This document shows, piece after piece, positions 26,872 through 39,611 of a stretch of 64,000 nt of DNA; positions within the stretch are counted from its first letter, which is position 1; each line of letters opens with the position of its first letter. The stretch is from the human T2T-CHM13v2.0 reference genome, Homo sapiens. The notes beneath the pieces are model-generated. The model was not told the DNA's origin. It was given only the letters and a program-made list of their open reading frames with translations, and searched no databases. Position numbers and translations under genes: made by a program. The stretch lies in NCBI RefSeq assembly GCF_009914755.1, contig NC_060930.1, one strand, 5' to 3'.

Positions 26872-27825
26872 TGATCCTTCGTATTTCTATGGTATCAGTT
26901 GTAATGTCTCCTTTTCTGATTTTATTTATTTGAGTCTTCTCTCTTTTTTCTTAGTCTACCTAATGGTATGTCAGTTTTGCTTATCTTTTCCAAAAAAACA
27001 AGTTTTTTTTTTTTGTTGATCTTTTGAAATTTTTTGTCTCTATTTCAATTCTGTTCTGGTATTTATTATTTCTTTCCTTCTATTAATTTTAGGTTTTGTT
27101 TGTTCTTGCTTTTCTAGTTCCTTGAGGTGCATCTTTAGATTGTCTATTTGCCATCTTTTCTTTTTAGTACTTCATTAACTTTAATTGTAAATTTTCTTTG
27201 TTTATTTGAAATCTGATTTCTCAGAAATCACCACTAAAGAATTTATTCATGTAACTAGACACCACCTGTTCCCCAAAAACCTATTGAAATAAAAAAAAAT
27301 CCATTCAGATGAAAAAGGAAGAAAAAGAAATAAAGAACAAAAAAACAATGAAGGAAGCCTGCAGGACAAATGGGACAACATTAAGGAAACAAATATTCCC
27401 ATTATAGAAATTTCAGATGAATAAGAGATGGGAAAAGGCATAGGAAACCTATTCAATGAAATAATAGCTGAAAACTTTCCAAGTGTTGGGAGAGATATGA
27501 ACATCCAGATACAGAAAGCTGAAAAATCAACAAGTAGATAAACCAAAAAAGGTTCTCTCTGAAGCAAATTATAGTCAAATTGTAGTCTTTTATCCCTCAT
27601 CCACCTCCCACCCTTTCCCTTGAGTCCCCAAAGTCCATTTTATCATTCTTATGCCTTTGCATCCTCATAGCTTAGCTCCCACTCATGATTGAGAACATAA
27701 TGATGTTTGATTTTCCATTCTCGAGTTACTTCACTTAGAATGATGGTTTCCAATTCCATCCAGGTTGCTGCAAATGCCAGTATTTTATTCCTTTTTATGG
27801 CTGCGTAGTATTCAATAGTGTGTGT

Positions 27826-27965
27826 ATATATATATAATATATATAATATATATATAATATATATATTTAATATATATATTTTAATATATATAATATATAT
27901 TAAATATATAATATATATTTAATATATATAATATATATATTTAATATATATATTATATATATATA
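27826..27965. repeat. Pure-AT (TA)n-derived array
   Basis: ~140 bp containing only A/T, with TATA/TAATA/TTTAA units. Confidence 0.95.
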
Positions 27966-29481
27966 AAATCACATTTTCTTTATCCACTCGTTGATTGATG
28001 GGCATTTGGAAAGGTTCTATATTTTTGAAATTGCAAATTTTGCTGCTGTAAACATGCATGTGCAAGTATCTTTTTCATATAACAACTTCTTTTCCTCTGA
28101 GTAGATACCCGGGAGTGGGATTTCTGTATCAAATGGTAGATCTACTTTTTGTTATTTTAGGAAACTCCACACTGTTTTCCATAGTGGTTGTACTAGTTTA
28201 CATTACCACCAACAGTGTAAAAGTGTTCCCTTTTCACCACATCCCTGCCAACATCTATTATTATTTGATTTTTCGATTATAGCCACCTTCACAGGAGTCA
28301 GATGGTATTGCATTGTGGTTTTGATTTGCATTTCCCGGATTATTAGTAATGTTGAGCATTTTTTCCTATGTTTGTTGGCCATTTGTATATCCTCCTTTGA
28401 GAATTGTCCATTCATATCCTTAGCCCACTTTTTGATGGGATTGTTTGATTTTTTTTTCTTGCTGATTTGTTTGAGATCCTTGTACATTCTGGATATTGGT
28501 CCTTTGTCAGAAGTATAGATTGTGAAGATTTTCTCCCATTCTGTGCATTGTCTGTTTACTCTGTTGATTGTTTCTTTTGCTGTGCAGAAGCTTTTTAGTT
28601 TGATTAAGTCCCATCTATTTATCTTTGTTTTTGTTGCATTTGCTTTTGGGTTCTTGGTCACGAAGCCTTTGCCTAAGCCAATGTCTAGAAGGGTTTTGCT
28701 GATGAGCCAACCTCTAGAATGGCTCCAATGAGATGATCATGTAATTATTTATTTTTAATTCTGTTCACATGGTGCATCACATTTATTGACTTGCAAATGT
28801 TAAACCATCCCTTCATCCCTGGTATAAATCCCACTTGATCATGGTGGATTATCTTTTTCACACGTTGTTGGATTCAGTTAGCTAGTATTTTATTGAGGAT
28901 TTTTGCATCTATGTTCATCAGGAATATTGGTCTGTAGTTTTCTTTTGTTGTTATGCCCTTTCCTGGTTTTGGTATTAGGGTGATACTGGCTTCATAGAAT
29001 GATTTAGGGAGGATTCCCTCTTTCTCTATCTTTTGGAATAGTGTATAATAGAATTGGTACCAATTCTTCTTTGAATGGCTGATAGAATTTAGCTGTAAGT
29101 CTGTCTGGCCCTGGACTTTTTTTGTTGGTAGCTTTTTATTACCATTTCAATCTCGCTTCTTGTTATTGGTCCATTTAGAGTTTCTATTTCTTCCTGGTTT
29201 AATCTAGGGAGGTTGTATATTTCCAGGAATTTATCCATCTCCTCTAGGTTTTCTAGTTTATGTGCATAAAGGTGTTCACCGTAGCCTTGAATGATCGTTT
29301 GTGTTTCTGTGGTATCAGTTGTAATGTCTCCCATTTCATTTCTAATTGAGCTTATTTGGATCTTCTCTCTTCTTTCTTGGTTAATCTCGCTAATGGTCTA
29401 TCAATTTTTTTATCTTTATAAAGAGTCAACTTTTTGTTTCATTTATCTTTTGTATTTTTTTTTTACTTCAACTTCATTTAG

Positions 29482-29775
29482 TTTTTTTTTGACAGAGTTT
29501 CACCCTGTTGCCCAGGCTAGAGTGCAGTGGTACAATCTTGGTTCACTGCAACCTCCGCCTCCTGGGTTCAAGCAGTTCTCATGCCTCAGCCTCCTGAGTA
29601 GCTAGGATTACAGGCGTGCACCACCACACCTGTCTAATTTGTGTATTGTGTATTTTTAGTAGAGACAGTGTTTTGCCATGTTGGCCAGACTGGTCTTGAA
29701 CTCCTGACCTCAAGTGATCCACCCACCTTGGCCTCCCAAAGTGCTGGGATTAAAGACGTGAGCTGCTGCGCCTAG
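29482..29775 (-). mobile_element. AluSx/Sz in L1PB ORF2
   Basis: Antisense dimer with 'ctcctgacctcaagtgatcc'; approximate TSD ttcatttagtt / ctcatttaatt. Confidence 0.93.
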
Positions 29776-30621
29776 ACAGCCACCATGGCCTACCTCATTT
29801 AATTCTGCTGAGATCTTGGTTATTTCTTTTCTTCGGTTGGGTTTGGATTTGGTTTGTTCTTGTTTCTCTAGTTCCTAGAGATGTGACCTTAGATTGTCTA
29901 TTTGCACTCTTTCAGACTTTTTGATGTAGGCATTTAATGCTATGAACTTTCCTCTTAGCACTGCTTTTGCTGTATCCCAGAGGTTTGGATAGGTTGTGTC
30001 ACTATTATTGTTCAGTTCAAAGAATTTTTTGATTTCCACCTTGATTTCATTGTTGAGCCAATGATCATTCAGGAGCAACTTCTTTAATTTTCATATATTT
30101 GCATGGTTTTGAGGGTTCCTTTTGGAGTTGATTTCCAATTTTATTCCACTGTGGCCTGAGAGAGTACTTGATATAATTTAGATTTTCTTAAATTTGTTGA
30201 GACTTGTTTTGTGGCCTATCACATGGTCTATCTTGGAGAATATTTCATGTACTGATGAATAAAATGAATATTCTGCAATTGTTGGGTAGAATGTTCTGTA
30301 AATATCTGTGAAGTCCATTTGTTCTAGGGTATAGGTTAAGTCCATTGTTTCTCTGTTGACTTTCTGTGTTGATGACCAGTCTAGTGCTGTCAGTGGAGTA
30401 TTGAAGTCCCGCACTATTATTGTGTTGTTGTCTATCTCACTTCTTAGGTCTAGTAGTAATTGTTTTATAAATTTGGGAACTCCAGTGTTAGATACATATA
30501 TATTTAGGATTTTGATATTTCCCTGTTGAACTAGTCCTTTTATCATTATATAATTTCCCTCTTTAAAGCAACTGCTGTTGCTTTAAAGTCTGTTTTGTCT
30601 GATATAAGAAAAGCTACTCCT

Positions 30622-30939
<318 letters not shown>

Positions 30940-31041
30940 TCACTTTTAGTGTCCATTTGCATGGAATGTCTTTTCCTACCCCTTTACCTTAAGTTTATGT
31001 GAGTCTTTGTGTGTCAGGTGAGTCTCCTGAAGACACCAGAT

Positions 31042-31258
31042 ACTTGGTTGGTTAATTCTTATCCATTCTGCCATTTTGTGTCTGTCTTTTAAGTAGAGGA
31101 TTTAGGCCATTTACATTCAATGTTATTATTGAGATGTGAGGTACTATTCACTTGGTTGGTTAATTCTTATCCATTCTGCCATTTTGTGTCTTTTAAGTAG
31201 AGGATTTAGGTCATTTACCTTCAATGTTATTATTGAGATATGAGCTATTATGCTATTC
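31042..31258. repeat. ~108-bp tandem duplication
   Basis: 'acttggttggttaattcttatccattctgccattttgtgtc' starts at both 31042 and 31150. Confidence 0.95.
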
Positions 31259-34200
31259 ATCATGCTATTTGTTGCCTGAATACCTTGTTTTTTTCATTGT
31301 GTTATTGTTTTATAGGTACTGTAAGATTTATGCTTTAATGAAATTCTAATTTAGTGTATTTCGAGGATTTATTTCAAGATTTAGAGCTCCTTTTAGCAGT
31401 TCTTATAGTGCTGGCTTGGTATTGGCAGATTCTCTCAGCATTTGTTTGTCTGAGAAAGACTATATTTCCTTCATTTATGAAGCTTAGTTTTGCTGGATAC
31501 AAAATTCTTGGCTGATAATTGTGTTAAGGAGGCTAAAGATAGGACCCCACTACCTTCTAGCTTGCAGGGTTTCTGCTGAGAAATCTGCGGTTAATCTGAT
31601 AAGTTTTCCTTTGTAGGTTACCTGATGCTTTTGCCTCACAGCTCTTAAGATTCTTTCCTTTGTGTTGATTTTAGATAACCTGATGACTATATGCCTAGAC
31701 TGTGATCTTTTTGTGATGAATTTCCCAGATGTTCTTTGAGCTACTTGTATTTGGATGTCCAGATCTCTAGCAAGGCCAGGGAAGTTTTGCTCGATTATTT
31801 CCTCAAACATGTTTTCCAGATATTTGGATTTCCCTTCTTCTTCAGGAACACCAATTATTCTTAGGTCTGGTCATTTAACACAATCCCAAACTTCTTGGAG
31901 CCTTTATTCATTTTTTTAAATTCTTTTTTTATTTGTCTTTGTTGAGTTGGGTTTATTCAAATGCCTTGTCTTTGAGCTCTGAAGTTGTTTCTTCTACTTG
32001 TTCAGTTCTATTACTGAGACTTTCCAGTGCATTTTGCATTTCTCTAAGTGTGATTTCTTCATTTCTAGAAGTTGTGATTATTTTTTATTTATGCTATTTC
32101 ACTGGAGATTTTTCCATTCATATCCTGTATCAATTTTTGATTTCTTTTAAGTTGGATTCCACCTTTCTCTGGTGTGTCCTTGATTAGCTTAATAATTGAC
32201 CTTCTGAATTCTTTTTCTGGCAATTCGGGGATTTCATCTTGGCTTGGATCCATTGCTGGTGAGCTACTGTGATCTTTTGGTGGCGCTAAATAACCTTGTT
32301 TTGTCATGTTACCAGAATTGTTTTTCTGGTTCCTTCTCATTTGAGTAAACTATGTCAGACGGAAGATCTGGGATTCAAGGCTGCTGTTCAGATTCTTTGG
32401 TCCCTCAGGGTGCTCCCGTGATGTGGTGCTGTACCCCTTCCCCTAAGGAGGGGGCTTCCTGAGAATCGAACTGCAGTGATTGTTATTTATCTTCTGGATC
32501 TAGCCACCCAGTGGAGCTGCCAGGCTCTGGCTTGGTACTGGGAAGTGTCTGCAGAGTCCTGTGATGTTATCTGTCTCCAGGTCCCTCAGCCGTGGATCCC
32601 AGCACCTGCTCTGGTGGAGGTAGCAGGGAAGAGAAGTGGACTCCATGAGGGTTCTTGGCTGTATTTTTGTGCACTGGTTTTGTGTTGGTTGGCCTCCAGC
32701 CAGGAGGTGGCGCTATGAAGAGTGCATCAGCTGCGGGAGTATAGGGAGGATATAAACTTACCCTAGGGTCGCCTTTGGGTAAGTATTCAAGTTTCTCAGG
32801 TGGTGGGGCCGGGCTATAGATCTCTCAAGAGATTGTTTTTTGTCTTGGGCTTCCAGGACGGGTAGAGAAAGACTATCAGGCTGGGACAGAGTTCAGCATG
32901 TCTGAGCTCAGACTCTTCTTCGGCAGGGCTTGCTCCAGCTGCTGTGGGAGATTGGGGGTGTAGTTCCCAGGCCAAGGGGGTTATGTTCCCGGGGGGGTTA
33001 TAGCTGTCTCTGCTGTGTGACACAGGTCACCAGGGAAGTGAGGGAAAGCCATCAGCCACAGGCCTCACTTAGCTCCCATGCAGCCTGCTGCATGAAAAGC
33101 TGGTCTCGCTCCCACCTCCCACCATGCCACCCCCAACAGCACACAGTTTATTTCCAGGCAGCTGGTGAGCAGTGCTGAGAACTTGCCCCAGGCTACAAGC
33201 CTCCCAGCTGAGAAAGCAAGCCAACTCACAGTTCCTCAGCTGTCCCACAGGGCCTGCAGCGGCAATCCGCCTCCTTCAAAGGGTCTGTGGTTTCTCTTGG
33301 CTTTCCTGGTATGTTCCTGCAGTAGTTCTTGGAGCAAGTTCATGATGTGAGTCTCCACACATGGCTTTGTCTGAGTGGGAGCTGCAGGTTAGTCCTGCCT
33401 CTTATCTGCCATTTTTTCCCCCGCATTCTCCCTAAATGGATTATTTTAAAAGAACTGCCTTCAAGTTCAGAAACTCTTCTGCCTGATCTAGTCTATTATT
33501 GAAGTTCTCAATTTTATTTTTATTTCACTCACTGAGTTATTCAGTTCTAACATTTCTGTTTCGTTCTTTTTAATGATATCTATTTTTAAAAATTTCTCAT
33601 TCAGATTATGAATTGTTTTTCTGATTTCATTGAATCTATTTGTGTTCTCTCGTATCTTCCCAGGTTTCCTTAAGATTGTTATTTTGCATTTTTTCAGGTG
33701 ATTTTAGATTGGTTTTCCTTTGGGGTCTGTTACTTAGAGAATTGTTGTGTTCTTTTGAAGGTATCACGTTTCCTTACTTTTCCATATTTCTTGTTTCCCT
33801 ATGTTGATATCCATGCGTCTGGTGACACATTGCCTCTTCTGATTTTATGGAGTAGCTTTCATAGGGAAAAATGTTTTTCTGTATATGTGTACGTATCATA
33901 AATATACAGTTGGGTAAGGTGCTTTGGCTTTGGTTCAGTATGGGGGCAGTAATGTAGTCTCTGATTTCTTCAGCTATAATCAGCATCATTGGTGTCTGTG
34001 AGTACCTCAGTGGCCTGTGCTGTGGTTGCTTGTAGAGGCTATTGCACGGCTTTGCTGAGAGCAGGGACACCAGGCAGATCAGTTTGGGGGCTCCGGCAGT
34101 AGGGAGCATGGGTGTATGGCAGGTCTACCACTGGAGTGGGCAGGTTCTCTGACAACAGTGGGCCTGGGTGGCTTCATCACTGGAGGGGTCAGGGTCACTG

Positions 34201-35267
34201 GTGATGGCAGCAGCCCTGGACAGCTGGTCCTTGGGTCCCTGAGGGATGCACTTGAGCATGAAACCGATCTGCTGCTGGAGGGGCTGGGGTCGCCAGTGGT
34301 GGCATATCTTGGCCAGGCTGGTTCTTTGGCACCTGGAGGGCATGTGTGGGTGTGCAGCAGTTTTGCTCTGGAGGGAGCAGGTTGCCATCAGTGGTGGGCC
34401 TGGTCAGGCGGATCCACAGTCCTATGGGAGGGGCGTCTGCTCTGCTACTGCAAATGTTGGGGTTGCTGGTGGCAGCAGCAGCAGGCTTCAGGCAGGTAGC
34501 TCTTGGATTCTGAGGAGTGCGTGCATTGCCTCCCTCTTTTCCGTGGGCAGCCTTCCCACTGTATTAGACTGCCTGTTTTCTAGGGTGTGGAAATACTGTG
34601 TGTGCTCAGATTCTGGGGTCTTGGCTGCACAGCTGCTATCATGACTCTGCATCCCTCTGGGTGGATGTGGTGGGATGTCCCAGGGACCCCAAGGATGTGG
34701 AGATTTAGGGGTTTTTGGGCCCCAGGGCAAGATGCACACTGGTGTTGGCTCTGCTCTCAACATGATGATGTGCTGTGGCAGCCTGTGTCCTGCGGGCATG
34801 GGACCCAGCTTGATTTCCTCTATGGAACAATGCAATCACATGGTTTCCAGGTAGCTCCCTATACTGAGCTCAGGGCCTGTCAGGGCTGGGGGCTCTCCTC
34901 TTATTAGGACTACAGGCATCCAGCATGGAAATGTGGACTGCTGGGGATCTTCACCTTACCTTTTTCCTGTGCTTGAGGTCTCTCTGGGCTCTGAGCCGAT
35001 CCTAGCCAGATGCTTTGCTTCCGTGTCTATGCTGCTGTCCCAAGTCTCCATCCCCAGAGGGGCTTTGTCACTTCTTTGCTGAATTCCAGTGTTCTCCCCT
35101 AGACTCTCTGTTCAACATGTGACTGGAGGAGGTGAATGCTGAGTACCTCTAGTCAGCCATCTTGATGATGTCTTCTGTAACTTTTCACTATTTCTGCAAA
35201 TGGTTATGATACTGTAGGCCTGGCTGCCTGTGCTATAAATGGGGGAGTAGGTCTCTTTGTTGGAGTT

Positions 35268-35693
35268 TGTAAGGATCACTCCGTTATGGCCCCAGAAATC
35301 ACACTGGGAGAGACATAAGAAATTAAAGGATCTGTTATATATACTCACAGGACTTAGGGACAAGAGGCATGGCAATCCCCACCACATAGGGCCCATATAG
35401 GAGCTCTGGGGAGTGGGCTCAACCAGGTAGATGGGGAGGGGAGAGAGAGAGAAAACCCATGGATAAGTGCCTTTATTGGGGGCTTGAGTAGAGTACACAA
35501 ACAAAAGGTGTGAGGGGATTTCACTGATGTGTTTGAATGTCACTAGACCACTGTCAGGAGAGGGCTAATGGGAACTTGTGACAAGTACCAGCATTATCAC
35601 ACTGGTGCACCTGGTCACCTGGTTGGAGTGCTTGTAACCTGCTGGTGGGGGATGTTGAGGGATTGGGAAAATATGAATTTTTAAACATTTACA
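35268..35693 (-). mobile_element. ERVL solo LTR (MER73/MER74-like)
   Basis: TGT...ACA ends; 'atactcacagg', 'gcctttattggg', 'gaaaatatgaatttttaaacatttaca'. Confidence 0.55.
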
Positions 35694-36974
35694 GTATACA
35701 GTCATTGCCTGTTGAGATCTGTATAATTAAAAGAATTCCAAGAAAGAATGCACACTTTTCTTGTGTGCAGAATCACATTCATTATTTGAAGAGTCTCTAC
35801 ATAGTTTCTAGGAATCTACAGCCCAGGACCACAGAACTGAGATATAGTTAAGTGTATCACGACACCATTTCAGAACACGTCATCAACTCGGTCTTGAATT
35901 TGCAGCATTCAACTGCCCAGCACAAAATTAGTGAGAAAACAGGCATAAGAAAGCTTACAGGATCTGAAATCCACAGGGCTTTCGTTTTTGATTTACACTA
36001 AAGTTTTAGAAGTTAGACATGATTATCATGAAAGGAGAATGTCATATCCCTTCCTTTCTATTGTCTACTTTTTTTTTCTCAGCAACCAATCCTAGAATTT
36101 ATTTGAAGAGGAGAAGAAATGAGTAAATCGATGAATTAGAAAAGTAACGCAATCTTTTTGTATAAATACTAAGTTATCTCCAGGATCTATGAAAATATCA
36201 AAAGAGAGAATTATTGTTTTAATTTATTGTAATTAAAAATATAAGCATATACAATATAGCACATTTAAATGGAGCTGGCTCAATATCTAAAATCAAAAAT
36301 CGTTCTCTCCTTATAGCCTATTTAACTTTATATTCTCAGCAACTTGCAGCACATGACAAACATTAGGCATTCAATAAATGTTGGTGATTGAAAGAATGTT
36401 TATGCATGTGCTTTTGAAACTTGGAAGAATGTCACATTTACATTTCTATCCTTCCACCGTCTTTCTGTCCTCAGTCCACTGATGATCAGATGAAAGAAAA
36501 GCACAGGTGGTGTTAGCAAATGAATCAGAATTTCCAAACTGTAATGCAGGTGGCCATGGACAGTTGTAGGAGAGAGTTCTCCATGGCCTGCAACATGTGG
36601 ACCTGGACTTTGATATAATTCAATCTAACAAACATGTATTGTAAATCTATGATCTGCAAATCACCCTGATAGATATTGTGAGGCTGCAGGATGAGAAAAA
36701 CACAAAACAGATGCAGTTTTAAAGGTTGGAAATAGCATATTTGAGATAGAAGAAGGCAAGTAGGAAAACAGCTCCGCAAGCCAACAGCATAGTCCCCAAA
36801 GGGCCATTTTCAGTTTGACAAGGAGAAGCACTGTCGTTATTCTGGCCTGTTTCCTCATTGCAAAAATAGAACCATGAACCTTTCTCTTCTGCTGATAATA
36901 ATTTTAAAGCATTGTCAGTGAAGTAAATATATACTGAAAGCAATAAATAAATAAATATTTAAACTCCAGAAAGA

Positions 36975-37110
36975 TTGCTGAGCTTCAGTGATGCTATAAC
37001 AGGAAATAACAACAATCAGATAGTGCCTCGGCTTACTGAAGAACTAATTCATGTTTATAAAGTGCTTTCAGAATGCAAAGCACTGAAGAAGGTTAGGATA
37101 TTATTATTAT
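36975..37110 (+). mobile_element. MIR SINE fragment
   Basis: 'ctgagcttcagt...tttataaagtgctttcagaatgc...tattattatt'. Confidence 0.5.
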
Positions 37111-38399
37111 TACCAAAGATCTTTAAGCAGACAAGATCTTGGTATTCTTATAATCACAGCAGGAGTTGTTCATTTCCCATGTAATTTATGAGGAGAAAAA
37201 AATAATAAACCCCACCCCTCTTCACACTTGATTTGTCAGTTGTTCTTGTTATATGAAACTGATCCTCAAGGGAACCTTAATTTAGGCAACGATTTATTCT
37301 CTTCAATATTATTTTGACATTTGGTAATTACTACAGATTTTGTGCATCTGTCTTTCCCAGAAGAGAAGGCATTAAATGCCACTTGGATGATCATTGGTTT
37401 TGCAGGAACTCAGATTTGATGTTATTCTTTTGGTAGATAGCATGACTTATGGTAAGTTTCCAGCTCTGGGATACACAGATTGTGCCTTTCATTACTCATG
37501 GAGTCTGTGCCACACTGATATTAGATATTTCATAAAAATAAGCTATTGGTTGAAAGAAGAATATCTTAAATATTTCATATGAAAAAAAACTGGCCTTTTC
37601 CAATTTTCCACACGTATTCTAAAGTAACTAAGATATCTGGAAATTTTCAAAAATGAAAGTAAGAAACTGGAACAGAGATCAGAAATTCCTTAGGAACCTC
37701 TCTCTAGGACTCTCAAATGGACCTCCCAAAGAAAACAAATAAGACCCCCAAAAACCAGGAACAAGGAGAGTTACATCAACAATGAGTCAGATGCTTTCAG
37801 AACTGCTTCATGCTATTCCTGTACATAAGCTTTTTTCTTATCAAATTTTATGGATGATGATAGCTTCTTCCATTGTAAATTTTCATCTGTGATCATTAGT
37901 TCTAACAAGTCCAGTCCTCCCATGTTAGATTTTGCAGATTTAAATTTTAATATGAAGATTTGATTATTTTGTTTATTCAGATCAGTAATAAATTTCAAGG
38001 CATTTACTTTTGGCTATTGCCAATGATATTTTTTATTTGTTATTTTAACCAGAATATTATAAACTGGAAAAAATGTATTATTTTTAAGATGATGTCTGAA
38101 TGAATTGTGAACTACTTTGTGAGATAGAAAGACAAGGAAAACTGGAGGGAGAAAGGGGAGACAGGGAGAGACCAGGATGGAGAAGGAAGAAAGATAGAGG
38201 AAAAGAGAAAAAGAAGGATAGTATCATGAATGAGAAGATGTGAGACGGCCATAGAAAAGAGGAAGACAGGATAAGAAGTTGGAAAAGGGGGAGACCAGAG
38301 GAGAAAGAGGGTTAAAAATGTTCTAGCATAAAGAAAGCAGAATGGCAGAGTCAAATCATACACTTCTCCATGGCTACTTAAGGTTTAGGGATTAATTTT

Positions 38400-38748
38400 T
38401 TCTCTCTTTCTCTCACTCTCTCTCTCTCTTTTTTTTTCTTTTCTTTCTTTTTAAAGACAGAGTCTCACTTTGTTGCACAGCCCAGGCTGAAGTGCATTGG
38501 TGCAGTCATAGCTCACTTTAACCTCAAACTCTTAGTCTTAAGGGATCCTCCTACCCCAGCCTCCTGAGAAGCTCAAACTACAGGCACACCCCACCATGCA
38601 TGGCTAATTTTTAATGTTTAAAATTTTTTGTAGAGCCAGGTTCTCACTATGTTGCCTAGGCTGATCTCAAATTTCTGGACTCAAGCAATCCTCCTGCCTC
38701 AGCCTCCCAAAGTGCTGAGATTACAGGCATAAGCCACTGCACCTGGCC
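38400..38748 (-). mobile_element. AluJ with CT-converted tail
   Basis: Antisense dimer with 'ctcaagcaatcctcctgcctcagcctcccaaagtgctg'. Confidence 0.92.
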
Positions 38749-38839
38749 TTTTTTCTCTTTAGTGCCTGGTATAGTGCCTGGTATATTATAGGTACTCAAT
38801 AATCATTTGATGAATCAGTAGATGTTAATGGATCAAGCT

Positions 38840-39225
38840 AGCCTCCTTCTGGTTCCTTGAGCACCCCAGGTACACTTCTCTTCTTGGACTGTGTCCCCAG
38901 AGATTTGCTTAGTTCACTTCTCTACCTCCTCCTCACCTTTTTAGTAATACCTACCCCGAGCAGCCAATTAGGAACTGCAGCTAACCCCATACTCCCCACT
39001 CACTGAAATCCCCTAACCCTGCTCCCCCTTCCCATGGCACTAATCATCCTTGATATATAATGTGGTTTTGCTTATATGTTATATTTATGGTTTATTGTCT
39101 ATCTTCCCTTGCTAGAATGGAATTTCCATAGGGTAGGGGTCTTTATTTCAGTTGCTGATTTATCCCAAATACCTAGAACAATGCCTGTACAAAATGGACA
39201 ATGAATATTTGTTGCATGAGTGAAT
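38840..39225 (+). mobile_element. L2a 3' end
   Basis: 'tttattgtctatcttcccttgctagaatg...cctagaacaatgcctg...atatttgttgcatgagtgaat'. Confidence 0.75.
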
Positions 39226-39611
39226 CATCCTTATCAATATATGTCCATGTTTTCTCTTGTTCTCTTTTTCTCTCATTCATTCTCTCCTCCCCTTCATAAT
39301 AGTTGACAGAGAATACAACCTCAAAGCATTTACTTATTTTCTAACTTGTATTTAACGTCACTCTTCAATTTCAGCTGCACTGCAGCAAAATCCTGCACAC
39401 ATGACCTGCTGTTCCCAGAAAGGGTCTTTTTGTGCATATTATATTGCCATTTTTGCCTGAGAAGGCCTGGACTGATGTCCAAAGAACATTCCAGAACACT
39501 GCAGAGCTACAGGTCAGCCTGGCTCAAATTTGTTGAAAAGCTCTTCTACATATTAATTGTTTTATCTGGGTATTAGTTATTCTCTCTCTAAGGAAATAAT
39601 CGGACAATGGC

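Noticed and set aside
29482-29620. Exonisation of the antisense Alu with a clean 'ttttttttgacag' acceptor
   Set aside because: The usual donor position reads cag|gcgtgc, so there is no GT donor
32350-33431. L1 antisense promoter/ORF0 driving AIG1-sense transcripts
   Set aside because: That activity is established for the younger L1PA 5'UTR type; this is an older, CpG-decayed L1PB 5'UTR
34116-34907. Cluster of overlapping GC-richer ORFs suggesting a gene or promoter
   Set aside because: Lies in the old L1M 5'UTR; CpG-depleted with no recognisable homology
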